A DNA stretch of 64,000 bases from the NCBI GenBank assembly GCA_963799775.1, contig CAWCYD010000003.1, positions 1,088,001-1,152,000 of the forward strand, written 5' to 3'. A program made the translations under genes and the position numbers. Under the pieces are notes generated by a model that was not told the origin of the DNA, did no database searches, and worked only from the letters and a program-made list of their open reading frames with translations. Each line of letters begins with the position of its first letter. The first letter of the stretch is position 1. This document shows, in pieces, positions 50,810 through 60,719 of this stretch. This DNA is from an uncultured archaeon. GTDB taxonomy: Archaea > Thermoproteota > Nitrososphaeria > Nitrososphaerales > Gagatemarchaeaceae.

Positions 50810-50856
50810 CTAGCAGCTTTTGGCCCCTGATTTCTCCAGCTTAAAAACGCGCCCCT

Positions 50857-52131
50857 TCAGCGGATGGTTTCACGGCCGCCCATGTAGGGTATCAGGGGTT
50901 TTGGGATCGCTATCGAGCCGTCTGCCTGCTGGAAGTTCTCGACCACCGCGACCAGCGCCCTCGTGGTTACTGCCGTCGAGTTCAGGGTGTGGACGAGCGA
51001 GGGCTCGGCCGTCTGCTTCTCCCTGTAGCGGATCATCAGCCGCCTGGCCTGGTAGTCCGTGCAGTTGCTGCAGGAGACCATCTCCCTGAACTTGCCCTGC
51101 GTGGGCATCCAGGCCTCGAGGTCGTACTTCTTGGCGGCGACCGTGCCGATGTCCCCCGTGCAGATGTTGACGACCCTGTAGTGCAACCCTAGGCTCTGGA
51201 ATATCGCCTCGGCGTTCGCGATGAGCTCCTCGTGGATCCGCCAGCTCTGCTCCGGCTTTGAGAAGACCACCTGCTCGACCTTGTAGAACTGGTGGGTCCG
51301 GAAGATGCCCTTGGTGTCCTTGCCGTGGGCGCCCGCCTCGACCCTGAAGTTGGGGCTGAAGCCGCAGTACTTTATCGGAAGCGAGTCCCCGGCAAGGATC
51401 TCGTCCATGTGCTGCGCGACGAGAGGATGCTCGGAAGTCGCTATCAGGTACATGTCCTCGCCCTCTATCTTATAGATGACGGGCCCAAAGTCGGCGAGGT
51501 CGACGACGCCGGCGTACGCCTCCTTGCGCATCATCAGAGGCGGCCCGACGGCCGTGAAGCCCCTGTCCGAGAGGAAGTCGATCGCGTACCGCATTATCGA
51601 CTGCTCAAGCCTGAGCGCGTCTCCCTTGAGGAAGAAGAAGCGCGCGCCCGAGATCTTGGCGGCCCTCTCCATGTCGATGAGCCCTAGTGCCCCCATCAGG
51701 TCGAGGTGGTCCTTTGGCGCAAAGTCGAAGGTCCTCGGCCGCCCCCAGGTCCGGACCGTCACGTTCCCGCTCTCGTCCTGGCCCACCGGGACGGACTCGT
51801 CGAGGATGTTCGGGAGGGACATGAGTATCTCCCTCACCCTCGACTGGAGCTCTTCCGCGCGCTTCTCCATCGCCGAGATCTGCTGGGGGATGCCCTTCAC
51901 CTCCGCGAGCTTCTCGCTGACGTCCTTCCCCTCCCTCTTCAGGGCGGCCACCTCGGCGGTGAGCTTGTTCTGAGCGTGCCTGAGGTCGTCGACCTTCTTC
52001 TTCGTCTGCCTCCACTCTGCATCCGCCGCCGACGCCTCGTCGACGAGGGGGAGCCTCTCCGTCCATCCCCGCTTCTTCAGGTCGTTCCTGATGACGTCAG
52101 GGTTTTCCCTGAGCAGTCTCACGTCAAGCAA
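50857..52131 (-). CDS. serS: Seryl-tRNA synthetase
   Basis: LIATSEHPL, FRVEAG, GIFRTHQFYKVEQ, EMVSCSNCTDYQARR, HTLNST. Confidence 0.97.
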   Translation of the reverse strand: MLDVRLLRENPDVIRNDLKKRGWTERLPLVDEASAADAEWRQTKKKVDDLRHAQNKLTAEVAALKREGKDVSEKLAEVKGIPQQISAMEKRAEELQSRVREILMSLPNILDESVPVGQDESGNVTVRTWGRPRTFDFAPKDHLDLMGALGLIDMERAAKISGARFFFLKGDALRLEQSIMRYAIDFLSDRGFTAVGPPLMMRKEAYAGVVDLADFGPVIYKIEGEDMYLIATSEHPLVAQHMDEILAGDSLPIKYCGFSPNFRVEAGAHGKDTKGIFRTHQFYKVEQVVFSKPEQSWRIHEELIANAEAIFQSLGLHYRVVNICTGDIGTVAAKKYDLEAWMPTQGKFREMVSCSNCTDYQARRLMIRYREKQTAEPSLVHTLNSTAVTTRALVAVVENFQQADGSIAIPKPLIPYMGGRETIR

Positions 52132-52137
52132 GGGTGT

Positions 52138-52443
52138 TCACCCTCGCGCGCCTCGCCCAAAGCCCCGAGCCGTGGCCTCGACCCATAGGTCGGCGAAGAG
52201 CTTCGCGTCGGAGATGATGCTCGAGACGGTGCTCAGGGCCGGCCTGACCCTGGGCGACCTCACGGTGCACCTGATCGAGCTCCCGTCGACGGAGGAGCCG
52301 AACTCTTGGTCCTTGGGAAAGTATCTGTTGTCGGGCATCAGCGTCTCGTTGAGTGCCTTGGAGGTCTTGCCATCGGCGCACTCGATTATGAGCTCGACGT
52401 CTACGCGCGGGCTGGGCCTGCGACCAGTGCTTCGCGGGGTCAC
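52138..52443 (-). CDS. pcc1: KEOPS complex subunit Pcc1-like
   Basis: ALNETLMPDN motif and position between the DHH gene and serS/rps3ae, the usual archaeal synteny. Confidence 0.7.
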   Translation of the reverse strand: MTPRSTGRRPSPRVDVELIIECADGKTSKALNETLMPDNRYFPKDQEFGSSVDGSSIRCTVRSPRVRPALSTVSSIISDAKLFADLWVEATARGFGRGARG

Positions 52444-53888
52444 CCGGCCGCCACCTTCTCCAGGATCAATCTTGTGAAATCGTCCCTCTTGGAGAAGGGG
52501 ATCTTCGCCCCCGCGGCCATGCTGTGACCACCCCCTATCCCCCCCACCCGCTCGGCTGCGTCCCGCATCAGCTCCCCGAGATTGACCTTGCCGGGATAAG
52601 AGTCCCCTATCCTCGAAGAGTACTTCAGCTCGGAGTCGCCCGACTTGGCCCTCACAAGTACGAGCTTGTCACGGAAACGGTCTGAAGACGCGAGCAGGGA
52701 CGAGACTGACCCGGTCATCCTCTCCTCGATGAAGCCCTCGCCCATGACGAGCATCACGTCGCCGCTCGTCGAGACCTTGTCTGTCTCGACCTGAAGCTTC
52801 TGGATTGCCTTGTTCAACTTGGTCCGGTACTCGGCCATGAGGGAGAGCGCCTGGCGAAGCGCCTCCTCCCGGTCTCCCAGACAGATCGAGATGCCCAGAT
52901 CGGTCCTGTCCATCCTGCCGCAAGCGTTCAGGACGGTCGCGAACTCTCTCGCGTCGCGTAGCGGGGTCAGAGGGTCCTCCAGCCCGAAGACGATCACCGT
53001 CCCGATGAGCTCGTTGAGCAGGCCCGACCCGTGACCGGCAGACGCGACGAAGCTCGAGACCACCTCCATCACCTTCTGTTTCTCCTCGTTCGAGAGCTCG
53101 CCCAGGCTCCTCCACCTCCCTCCCTCCTTGAGCTTGAAACCGGCGTTGGAGAGCCCAGCGAGGGCCGCGTCCTTCGCCCCGGACAGCCCGGCGATGAAGG
53201 GCGTGTAGCTCGCAGCGATCGCCTCGTGGACAGGCCTGGTCTCCCTGCCGTAGAACAAGAGGTCGTTCGAGACAGTCACTAGGCCTTTCGAGACCGCGTC
53301 ATCGAGCGCGACCTTGTTCAACCCCCTCAGAGAACGGCCCTCCCCTTTGTCCTGCCGGTCGCCCAAGGCCCCCACGAGTGCCAAGGCGGAGAGGTCCAGG
53401 TTGCCCCTCTCGTCAAGGGCCTTTGCGAACGCGTAGGCCATAGTAGAAGAGCAGGCCTCCCAGCCCCCGTCGAACCCGTAGCTCCATGCGTTGATCAACC
53501 TAGGGTTGGAGACGTCGCTCGTAGGAATCTGATGATGGTCGAGCACGGCGAACCTCTCCCCGAAGGCCTCCGTCAGCTGCGGCAGCACCCCCGTCCCCAG
53601 ATCTGTGAAGAGGTAGAACTCGAACCTGTCGGCCTTCAGCTTCTCTATCGCGTGAGGGTCTAGATCTGGGATCGCCCTGACCGAGACCGTGAAGTTCTTT
53701 CGCGCCAAGGCCGAGAAGGCAATCGACCCGCTGGAGAGCCCGTCGGCGTCGATGTGGGTGACGACAAGGAACCTTGCACCCCGGTTGGAGAGTTCGAGGA
53801 GCTGCTCTCCCTCTTTCCTTGACCGGTCCATCAGCGCGTGGAGGTCGGGCGTTCGAGTGACCGTCGTAGCGGCCTCGCCAGCTGCCAC
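52440..53888 (-). CDS. DHH/DHHA1 phosphoesterase (RecJ/GAN-like)
   Basis: HIDADG, TDLG, DHH, GALGDRQ, GGGHSMAAGA. Confidence 0.92.
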   Translation of the reverse strand: MAAGEAATTVTRTPDLHALMDRSRKEGEQLLELSNRGARFLVVTHIDADGLSSGSIAFSALARKNFTVSVRAIPDLDPHAIEKLKADRFEFYLFTDLGTGVLPQLTEAFGERFAVLDHHQIPTSDVSNPRLINAWSYGFDGGWEACSSTMAYAFAKALDERGNLDLSALALVGALGDRQDKGEGRSLRGLNKVALDDAVSKGLVTVSNDLLFYGRETRPVHEAIAASYTPFIAGLSGAKDAALAGLSNAGFKLKEGGRWRSLGELSNEEKQKVMEVVSSFVASAGHGSGLLNELIGTVIVFGLEDPLTPLRDAREFATVLNACGRMDRTDLGISICLGDREEALRQALSLMAEYRTKLNKAIQKLQVETDKVSTSGDVMLVMGEGFIEERMTGSVSSLLASSDRFRDKLVLVRAKSGDSELKYSSRIGDSYPGKVNLGELMRDAAERVGGIGGGHSMAAGAKIPFSKRDDFTRLILEKVAAG

Positions 53889-53907
53889 TCGTGGTCCACC
53901 TTTCGCC

Positions 53908-54357
53908 TTAGGCTAGCTGAGCGACCACTGCGCTGTACTTGAAGTCCTTCGGCAGGACCCTATCTTCTTGTAGTATTTCGAGAGCCTGTAGATCTTGGCC
54001 TCTATGAGCTCGAGAGAGCGGACGTTCTTCCTGTCAGCCTTGTAGGCGTTCAGATGAGACTGGACCCTCCTCGCGGAGTCCAAAAGGTTCTGCAGCTCCA
54101 TCGGGGACTGCCGGTGCGAGCTTGTTCTCCCTGAGGAGCTCCATGAGCGACTTGCCTATCACGGGCTTTACGAGCGGGATGCCGTAGTCGTCTCTCAGCC
54201 TGATGCCTATCGCGCTTGGTGTGACCCCCTCCTTGGCCAGCTTGATTATCATAGCAGTTACCTCATCGGCGCTGTATGTGAGCCAGCCCGGGGCCCTCTT
54301 GCTGGTGGGCCTGGTCTGATGGCTCTTGCCGTGCCGATGGGAATGAATCCTTGCCAA
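53908..54357 (-). CDS. rps15: 30S ribosomal protein S15/S13e (uS15) (frameshifts near 54105 and 53958)
   Basis: MARIHSHRHGKSH, IGIRLRDDYGIP, LELIEAKIYRLSKYYK. Confidence 0.95.
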
Positions 54358-54407
54358 TCTTGAAACCGGACGCGACCGATTGAGCCGGGTTTAAAACCAT
54401 TCCCGGC

Positions 54408-54998
54408 TCAAAGCCTGTCTCCCGACAGGTACCACCTCGCGAACTTTCTCATCGCCCTGGCCCTGTGCGAGACCTGGCACTTCTCCTCCAACGCGATCTC
54501 GCCGAATGTCTTCTTTCCGCCATCGGGGACGAAGATCGGGTCGAACCCAAAGCCCTTCGTCCCCTTGCCCCTTGACGCAATCCTCCCCGTTACGACTCCC
54601 TCAAAGAGGACAGGCTCCCCTTCTGGCTCGCAGTAGGCGAGAGAGCTGACGAACTTCGCGCTCCTGGAGCGGCTGTCGCCCAGCAGCCTGATGATCCCTC
54701 GCAGGCCGATCGTCTTGAAGGCGTAAGCCGAGTAGGGACCGGGGAACCCCAGCAGCTCGTCTATGAAGAGGCCCGCGTCCTCGACAAGGACCGCCTTTCC
54801 CGCCGCCAGAGCAGCCGCGCGGGACGAGAAGGCTGCCACCTCCGCGTTCGTGTCGGCCTGGATCTCGATCCCCTTGCCGTCGAGTTGCTGCACCTCTAGC
54901 CCGAGAGGCCCCAGAATCGTGCGGGCCTCCTCGAGCTTCCCCGGGTTAGAGGTTGCCAGCAACACGCGCCTGGCTGCTCTCTTACTCGACTCTGGCAT
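54408..54998 (-). CDS. rdgB: Non-canonical purine NTP pyrophosphatase (RdgB/HAM1)
   Basis: ATSNPGKLEE, EDAGL, GFPGPYS, GFGFDPIF, SHR. Confidence 0.95.
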   Translation of the reverse strand: MPESSKRAARRVLLATSNPGKLEEARTILGPLGLEVQQLDGKGIEIQADTNAEVAAFSSRAAALAAGKAVLVEDAGLFIDELLGFPGPYSAYAFKTIGLRGIIRLLGDSRSRSAKFVSSLAYCEPEGEPVLFEGVVTGRIASRGKGTKGFGFDPIFVPDGGKKTFGEIALEEKCQVSHRARAMRKFARWYLSGDRL

Positions 54999-55620
54999 AT
55001 CTCCCGCGCCTCTCTATCTCGGCGAGCTTCCTGGTTGCGATCTCCGTCTTTGCCTTCCCGAGGACAGACGCGTAGCCTGTGAGGAGAGACTGCATGAACT
55101 GCCTCGAGACGCTGTTGTGCGCTCCCGTGAGCGTCTCCTTGATCAGCCTCAGGTCGACCGCTTGGTCCTCGAGCCTGCGCGAGCGGATCGCAAGACCAAA
55201 GTCGATCAGGGTGAGCTCGTCTCCGTCTACGATGACGTTGGAGGTCGTGAGATCGCCGTGCATGATGCCGGCGCGATGGAGCCTGGCTATGTTCGCCCCG
55301 AACCTCTGCCCGAGCGACCTCGCCCTCTCCTTTGGGAGGCCTGGCTCGAGCAGGACCGTCTTCAGCCTCTCTCCCTCGACGTATCCCATGACGAGCAGGG
55401 CCTCTGGCGGGGAGAGGTAGAACAGATGGGGGGCGGCGACCCCCGCGACCTTGCATTGGTGGATTATCTCTGCCTCGTGGACCGTCCTCTGGCTCCGGAT
55501 CCACTTGTCCAGCTCCGGTAGCCTATAGGCTAGCGGCTTCCTGACCTTGAAGACCGCCGGCTGTCCGCACCACTCGCCCCTGAAGACGTCCGCCTCGGCC
55601 CCCCGGTAGAGCAGCTTCAT
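54982..55620 (-). CDS. bud32: KEOPS kinase Bud32
   Basis: GAEA, YRLPELD, HGDLTTSN, IDFGL, EDQAVDL, RGRY. Confidence 0.95.
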   Translation of the reverse strand: MKLLYRGAEADVFRGEWCGQPAVFKVRKPLAYRLPELDKWIRSQRTVHEAEIIHQCKVAGVAAPHLFYLSPPEALLVMGYVEGERLKTVLLEPGLPKERARSLGQRFGANIARLHRAGIMHGDLTTSNVIVDGDELTLIDFGLAIRSRRLEDQAVDLRLIKETLTGAHNSVSRQFMQSLLTGYASVLGKAKTEIATRKLAEIERRGRYARVE

Positions 55621-55661
55621 CGTGTGTCGGAGAATTCTCTTCGTTTCTCCCCTGTGAAGGT

Positions 55662-56672
55662 CTAGTTTCTCCAGGGCGTCTGGACCGTGTCCAGGCGCCA
55701 GGACTGCCTCACCATGCTGTCCGAGACCTTGTTCAGCGACTGCCCAGCCCTGTACGCGAGGAGCCCGGTCCATGCGATCTGCGCCCCGCAGTCACCGCTG
55801 AACTGGGGTGGCACGACCTTGACGGAGGCGTCGTGCCTCTCGACCATCTTGGTGAGCATCTCCGAGAGCCTTCGGTTGGCGGCTACCCCTCCCACCACGA
55901 GCAGCTCTCGCGCCCCCGTGAAGGCCAAGGCGCGCTCTGTGACCTCTGTGGTGATCGCGAAGGCGGTCTCCTGGACCGAGTAGCAGACGTCCTCGAAGGA
56001 GGCGCCTCCGTCGACGAGCCTCTTCGCGGCGGTGAGCACCCCGGAGAAGGAGACGTCGTTGCCCTTGACCGTGTAGGGGAGCTTTAGGTACCTGCTGGAC
56101 CGCGAGGCCGCCTCCTCGATCTTCCTCCCGCACGGGGAAGCGAAACCCACGTGCCTCCCCATCTGGTCGAGGAGCTGCCCGAGCGTGAGGTCCAGGGTCT
56201 CGCCCAGCACCCTCCAGACTCCGTTGGAGTGGGCGATGACCATCGTGTGGCCACCAGAAATCAGCAGCACGAGCGGCGTCTTGGCGCCTGTGAGGAGGCA
56301 TCCGAGCTCGATATGCCCGACCGCGTGGTTGACTGCCACCAGAGGCTTGTTCTTCGCAAGAGAGATCGTGCGCGCTGTGACGGCGCCTACCCTCAGGCAG
56401 GGGCCCAGTCCAGGCCCCATGGAGTAGGCGATCGCGTCCACGTCGTCCAAGCTGCTCCCACGAGCCGTCTTGCCATCCAGTGCCTCGCGGACCACCCGCA
56501 CCGCTACCTCCAGGTGGTGCTGGGCCGCCTCTGCGGGATGTATCCCGCTCCCCTCACGAGGCATGTAAACGTCCTTTGCATTGGTGATAACGCCCTCCTC
56601 CTCCGAGACGAGCGAGGCTGAGAAAGTATGCGCGGTGCTCTCGATTCCCAAGACCTTGAGTCGCCCTCGCAC
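55662..56672 (-). CDS. kae1: tRNA N6-threonylcarbamoyltransferase Kae1
   Basis: LGIESTAHT, GPGLGPCL, VNHAVGHIE, SGGHT, GGVAAN, DCGAQIA. Confidence 0.97.
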   Translation of the reverse strand: MRGRLKVLGIESTAHTFSASLVSEEEGVITNAKDVYMPREGSGIHPAEAAQHHLEVAVRVVREALDGKTARGSSLDDVDAIAYSMGPGLGPCLRVGAVTARTISLAKNKPLVAVNHAVGHIELGCLLTGAKTPLVLLISGGHTMVIAHSNGVWRVLGETLDLTLGQLLDQMGRHVGFASPCGRKIEEAASRSSRYLKLPYTVKGNDVSFSGVLTAAKRLVDGGASFEDVCYSVQETAFAITTEVTERALAFTGARELLVVGGVAANRRLSEMLTKMVERHDASVKVVPPQFSGDCGAQIAWTGLLAYRAGQSLNKVSDSMVRQSWRLDTVQTPWRN

Positions 56673-56744
56673 CAGGATCCCCCTCTAAGATGGGGAGCGA
56701 CCCATGCGAGACTTTAAGGTTATTTCGGCTTCTGCTCCGGCGGC

Positions 56745-57188
56745 ATGAGCTCCGAGATCCAGTCCCTGGAGGTCTCCTATTTCCTGCAGATGACTGAGGA
56801 CGAGCAGAAGGTGGTGGGCGCCGTCTCTGCCCTCCTCGGCCAGGACCAGCCCATCGAGATGCAGGACTTGCAAGGGCACTTTGGCAACAGGATCCTCTGG
56901 GTCAGGCACCACCTGACTGGTGACACGGCGGAGTCAGCGGCGAAGGGCATACTGGGCAGGATCTCACCTGAGGAGAAGAGGACCATCCTCGGCGAGCTGA
57001 CCAGCGTCTTGGACGAGCACAACGCCCTCTACATCAGGCTCAACAAGCAGGTCCTTGTCTCGAGGGGGGAGACGGTGCTCGCGAGCTCGGACCCGGTCAG
57101 GGTGAAGGTGAAACCGCGTTCCTTCAAGGTAAAGGGCGACCCTGAGGGCTTCTATCGGCGTCTCTTCGGGGAGGGGGCTAGGAGATGA
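56745..57188 (+). CDS. RNA-binding protein (DUF54, exosome/RNase P-associated)
   Basis: TEDEQKV, GHFGNRI, LYIRLNKQ. Confidence 0.8.
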   Translation: MSSEIQSLEVSYFLQMTEDEQKVVGAVSALLGQDQPIEMQDLQGHFGNRILWVRHHLTGDTAESAAKGILGRISPEEKRTILGELTSVLDEHNALYIRLNKQVLVSRGETVLASSDPVRVKVKPRSFKVKGDPEGFYRRLFGEGARR

Positions 57189-57460
57189 GGGGGCCTCGCC
57201 ACAAGAGGTACCTGTTGTTCACGAGCGAGCGGGGAATCGACGAGGAGACAAGGAAGGAGCTGACTCACAGGATCTCAAAGATCTCGCCCATGATGGCTAA
57301 GAAGGCGGTCTGGTTCGACCACGCTCTGATAGTGAGGACGGACAACGTCGACGCTCCAATCCTGAAAAAGTCGCTGGAGATGACGGTGGGAGACGTCTCG
57401 CTCAAGTCAAGGCTGACCTCGGGGTCGATAGGTAAGCTCAAAAAAGCCGTCCAGAGCTAG
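57185..57460 (+). CDS. Rpp14/Pop5-like RNase P protein (short)
   Basis: RHKRYLLF N-terminus and TSGSIGKLKK C-terminus. Confidence 0.6.
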   Translation: MRGPRHKRYLLFTSERGIDEETRKELTHRISKISPMMAKKAVWFDHALIVRTDNVDAPILKKSLEMTVGDVSLKSRLTSGSIGKLKKAVQS

Positions 57461-57471
57461 CTGGTCGCGAA

Positions 57472-57854
57472 TGGTCAAGTTCTTTTCCCCGGAGTTCTTC
57501 GCCCAGGTCCAAGAGTCCTTGGCGAACGACGCCAAATGGCAGGAAGACACGAAGTCGATGAAGAGCAGCATCAAGCTGACTTCGACCGGTCAGGAGAACG
57601 CTGCGACCTATCTGTTGAAGGTCGAAGAGGGGAAGACGACCATCTCAGCCACGGAGCCGACGACGCAAGCCGAGTTCTCGTTCGAGGGGACATACGACGT
57701 CTGGACAAGGGTCGCCAAGGGCGAGGTCGACTTCCAGTCTTCCGTCCTCAAGGGCCTGTTGAAGTTCAAGGGCTCCATCACGAAGATCTTGGTCTACAAA
57801 GACAGGTTCTTGCGGATCGCGGAGGTCATGCGGTCCATTCCCGTCGAGTTCTAG
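57472..57854 (+). CDS. SCP2 sterol/lipid-binding domain protein
   Basis: FFSPEF, EGTYDVW...GEVD...VLKGLLKFKGS. Confidence 0.85.
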
Positions 57855-57877
57855 AGGCCCATCGGAGATACCCAGCA

Positions 57878-58318
57878 TCAGGAAGCCAGGACGAAGACGT
57901 AGTATGGACCGCCTTGCGCGTCTTTCCTCGTCTCTATTCGCATACCCATCCCTGGCTTGAGCTTGGAAGGGTCCGCCCCCTCGAGCCAAGCAAGGACGTT
58001 CACACCCTCTTTCAGCCGCCCTATCGCCACGACGTACGGGTCGTGGTCGACGAAGCTCGTCGGTGTTATCTGGACGTAGGTGAAGGTCAGGAGCTCGGCC
58101 TCGGGCGTGAGGTCGATCCAGCCCGACCTGCTGCTCATGCAGTTGGGACAGTCTGCCTGAGGGGGGAAGGAGATCCTGCCACAGTCCTCGCACTTCGTCG
58201 TGACGAACCTTCCCTCGCCCAGCGCGTCCCAGAATCGGCTCGTCTTCGAGATGGGGATGTTGAACCTCAAGGTAAGGCTTCGCTTCGACCTCAGAGTCGG
58301 CGGGTTATCCTCAGGCAT
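57878..58318 (-). CDS. Zn-ribbon/OB-fold thiolase partner (DUF35)
   Basis: FWDALGEG, CEDCG..FPPQADCPNC, PYVVAI, GMGMR. Confidence 0.9.
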   Translation of the reverse strand: MPEDNPPTLRSKRSLTLRFNIPISKTSRFWDALGEGRFVTTKCEDCGRISFPPQADCPNCMSSRSGWIDLTPEAELLTFTYVQITPTSFVDHDPYVVAIGRLKEGVNVLAWLEGADPSKLKPGMGMRIETRKDAQGGPYYVFVLAS

Positions 58319-58326
58319 CTCTCTCC

Positions 58327-59502
58327 CTACCTCTCCCTTGAGAGGACCGTGACGTAGCAGTAATGCCCGGTCCCTCCCACGTTGTGCACTAGCCCTTTCC
58401 CGTTCCTTATCTGAGCCTGCCTGTTGCCTCCCGCCTCGCCCCTGAGCTGTTTCGAGACCTCGACCATCATCGAGACACCTGTCGCACCGACAGGGTGCCC
58501 CTTCGCCTTCAGCCCGCCGTCGAGGTTGACAGGGATCCGTCCTCCCACCTCTGTCTGTCCCTCGCGGATGAGCTTGGGGCCTTCGCCCTTTGCGCAAAAG
58601 CCCAGGTCCTCGTAGGCCATGAGCTCGGCGATCGTGAAGCAGTCGTGGCAGGTGGCGACGTCGATGTCTCGAGGCCCCACCTTCGCTGCGGCGTACGCCT
58701 TCCGCGACGCATCGACCGTCGCCCTCAGCCCGACGTAGTCGCCCCTCTTGCTCAGGTTCGCAGAGTCCGAGGAGAAGCCGATGCCCTTGATCCATATCGG
58801 GGTGTCAGAGAGCTTCCTCGCTGCATCTTCGCTCGCCAGGACCACCGCGGCAGAGCCGTCCGTGATGGGGCAGGCGTCGTAGAGCTTCAGCGGCCAGGAT
58901 ACGACCTGCGACTTCATCGCCTTCTCGATGCTGATCTCTTTCTGGAACTGGGCGAGGGGGTTCATCGAGGCGTAGTGGTGCGCCTTGACCGCGACCCGGG
59001 CGAGGTCATCCTCGGTCGTCCCGAACCTGTCCATGTGGGAGACCGCGTAGAGCGCGTAGTACGCTGGGAAGGTCATCCCGTAGTTCTCGAACTCCCAGAG
59101 ATCAGGCCCTGCCCGCCCCATGAGCTCGATAGAGGTGAGAGTGTCCACCTCTGTCATCTTCTCCACGCCCACCGCCATCGCGATCTCTGACTCGCCGCTG
59201 GCCACGCTGAGGTACGCGCTGCGCACCGCGGCGCTCCCGCTTGCGCAGGCGGCCTCCACCCTCATGGTCCCCACGTCCTCGAACCCCGCGTACTCGTTCA
59301 CGACGACGGCGGGGAGCGACTCCTCGTACCAGCCGCCAGCGCTCCCCAATGTGACGTTCTGGATCTGCTTCTTCTGGACCCCGCAGTCTTCCATGGCGCC
59401 CTTGATGGACTCGAAAGCGAGCTCGGCCACGTTGACGTCGGTCCGCCTGCCGAACTTCGAGTGCCCTACCCCCACGATGGCGACGTCTCTCAAAGAAGGC
59501 AC
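58327..59502 (-). CDS. Thiolase (SCP-x/archaeal acetyl-CoA acyltransferase type)
   Basis: VEAACASG, GVEKM, CPITDG, HDCFT, GGLKAKGHPVGATG. Confidence 0.95.
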   Translation of the reverse strand: MPSLRDVAIVGVGHSKFGRRTDVNVAELAFESIKGAMEDCGVQKKQIQNVTLGSAGGWYEESLPAVVVNEYAGFEDVGTMRVEAACASGSAAVRSAYLSVASGESEIAMAVGVEKMTEVDTLTSIELMGRAGPDLWEFENYGMTFPAYYALYAVSHMDRFGTTEDDLARVAVKAHHYASMNPLAQFQKEISIEKAMKSQVVSWPLKLYDACPITDGSAAVVLASEDAARKLSDTPIWIKGIGFSSDSANLSKRGDYVGLRATVDASRKAYAAAKVGPRDIDVATCHDCFTIAELMAYEDLGFCAKGEGPKLIREGQTEVGGRIPVNLDGGLKAKGHPVGATGVSMMVEVSKQLRGEAGGNRQAQIRNGKGLVHNVGGTGHYCYVTVLSRER

Positions 59503-59515
59503 CCCCGCACTCCGC

Positions 59516-60677
59516 TCATGAGTCCTGAAGGATCTCCCTTGAGAGGATCCAACGCTGGACCTCTGACGTGCCCTCCACGATGTCCAAGATCTTCGCGTCC
59601 CTCAGATACCTCTCGAGGGGGAGGAGCTTGCTCAGCCCTATCCCTCCGTGAATCTGGATCGCCCTCTCGCAGACCCAAACTGCCGACTCTGTGGAGAAGA
59701 CCTTGGCCATCGAGGCTTCCTTGACGAACTCCTCGCCCTTGTCCCTCAAGTAGGCGGCCCTATATGTGAGGAGTCGGGAAGCCTCTATCCTGGTCGCCAT
59801 GTCCGCGATCATGAACCTTATCGCCTCGAACTTCCCAAGCGGCCTGTCGAAGAGCACCCTCTTCTTCGAGTACTCGATCGACGCCTCCAGGGCAGCGTTT
59901 GCCACCCCTATCGCCCCCGCCGCCGCTCCGATGCGCCCCTGGTTCAGGACTGCCATCGCGATCAAGAATCCGTCCCCGGTGGAACCCAGCATGCTCGTCG
60001 CCGGGACCTTGCAGTCGTTGAAGACGAGCTCCGCAGTCCCCGTCCCCCGGATCCCGATGACCTCGAGCTTGCTGCCCACCTTGAACCCTGGGGTCACCTT
60101 GTCTACGATGAACGAGGTCATCCCCGCAGCGCCGTCTTCGACAGTCCCCGTCCTCGTGAACAGGACGACAACGTCGGCGAGCATCCCCTGGGAGATCCAG
60201 ATCTTCGACCCGTTGATCTTGTAGCGCCCGTCGGCCAGCTTCTCGGCTTTCGTCTGGATGTTCGCCGCATCAGACCCGGCGCCTGGCTCGGTCAGCCCGT
60301 AGGAGCCGATGATATCTCCCTTTGCGAGTCCTGGGAGGTACTTCTCCTTCTGCTCCTTCGTCCCGAACTGCGAGATGGGGTAGGCCACCAGTCCGTTCTG
60401 CACGCCTATGATCAGCCCGGCGGAGAGGCTCACCTTCGCGATCTCCTCGGCGACCACGACGGAGGAGACCATATCAAGGCCGAGTCCGCCGTATTCCTTC
60501 GGCGTGCCTATCCCGAGGAGGCCGTACTCGCCCATCTTCCTTGCGAGCTCGCGTGGGTACTCGTCCGTCCTGTCGATCTTCTCTGCGAGAGGCGCCACCT
60601 CTCTTTTCGCAAAGTCTCTGGCCCATGTGCGCAGGTTCATCGTGCTCGGGGGAGAAGGCTATCTCTGGAAGGGCCAT
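59516..60677 (-). CDS. Acyl-CoA dehydrogenase (probable frameshift in the first codons)
   Basis: LTEPGAGSD, NGSKIWIS, QIHGG, RYLRDAK, EGTSEVQR. Confidence 0.95.
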
Positions 60678-60719
60678 AGAGAATCCGAAAAAAAGCGACG
60701 CCCGACTCTATTTATTCGT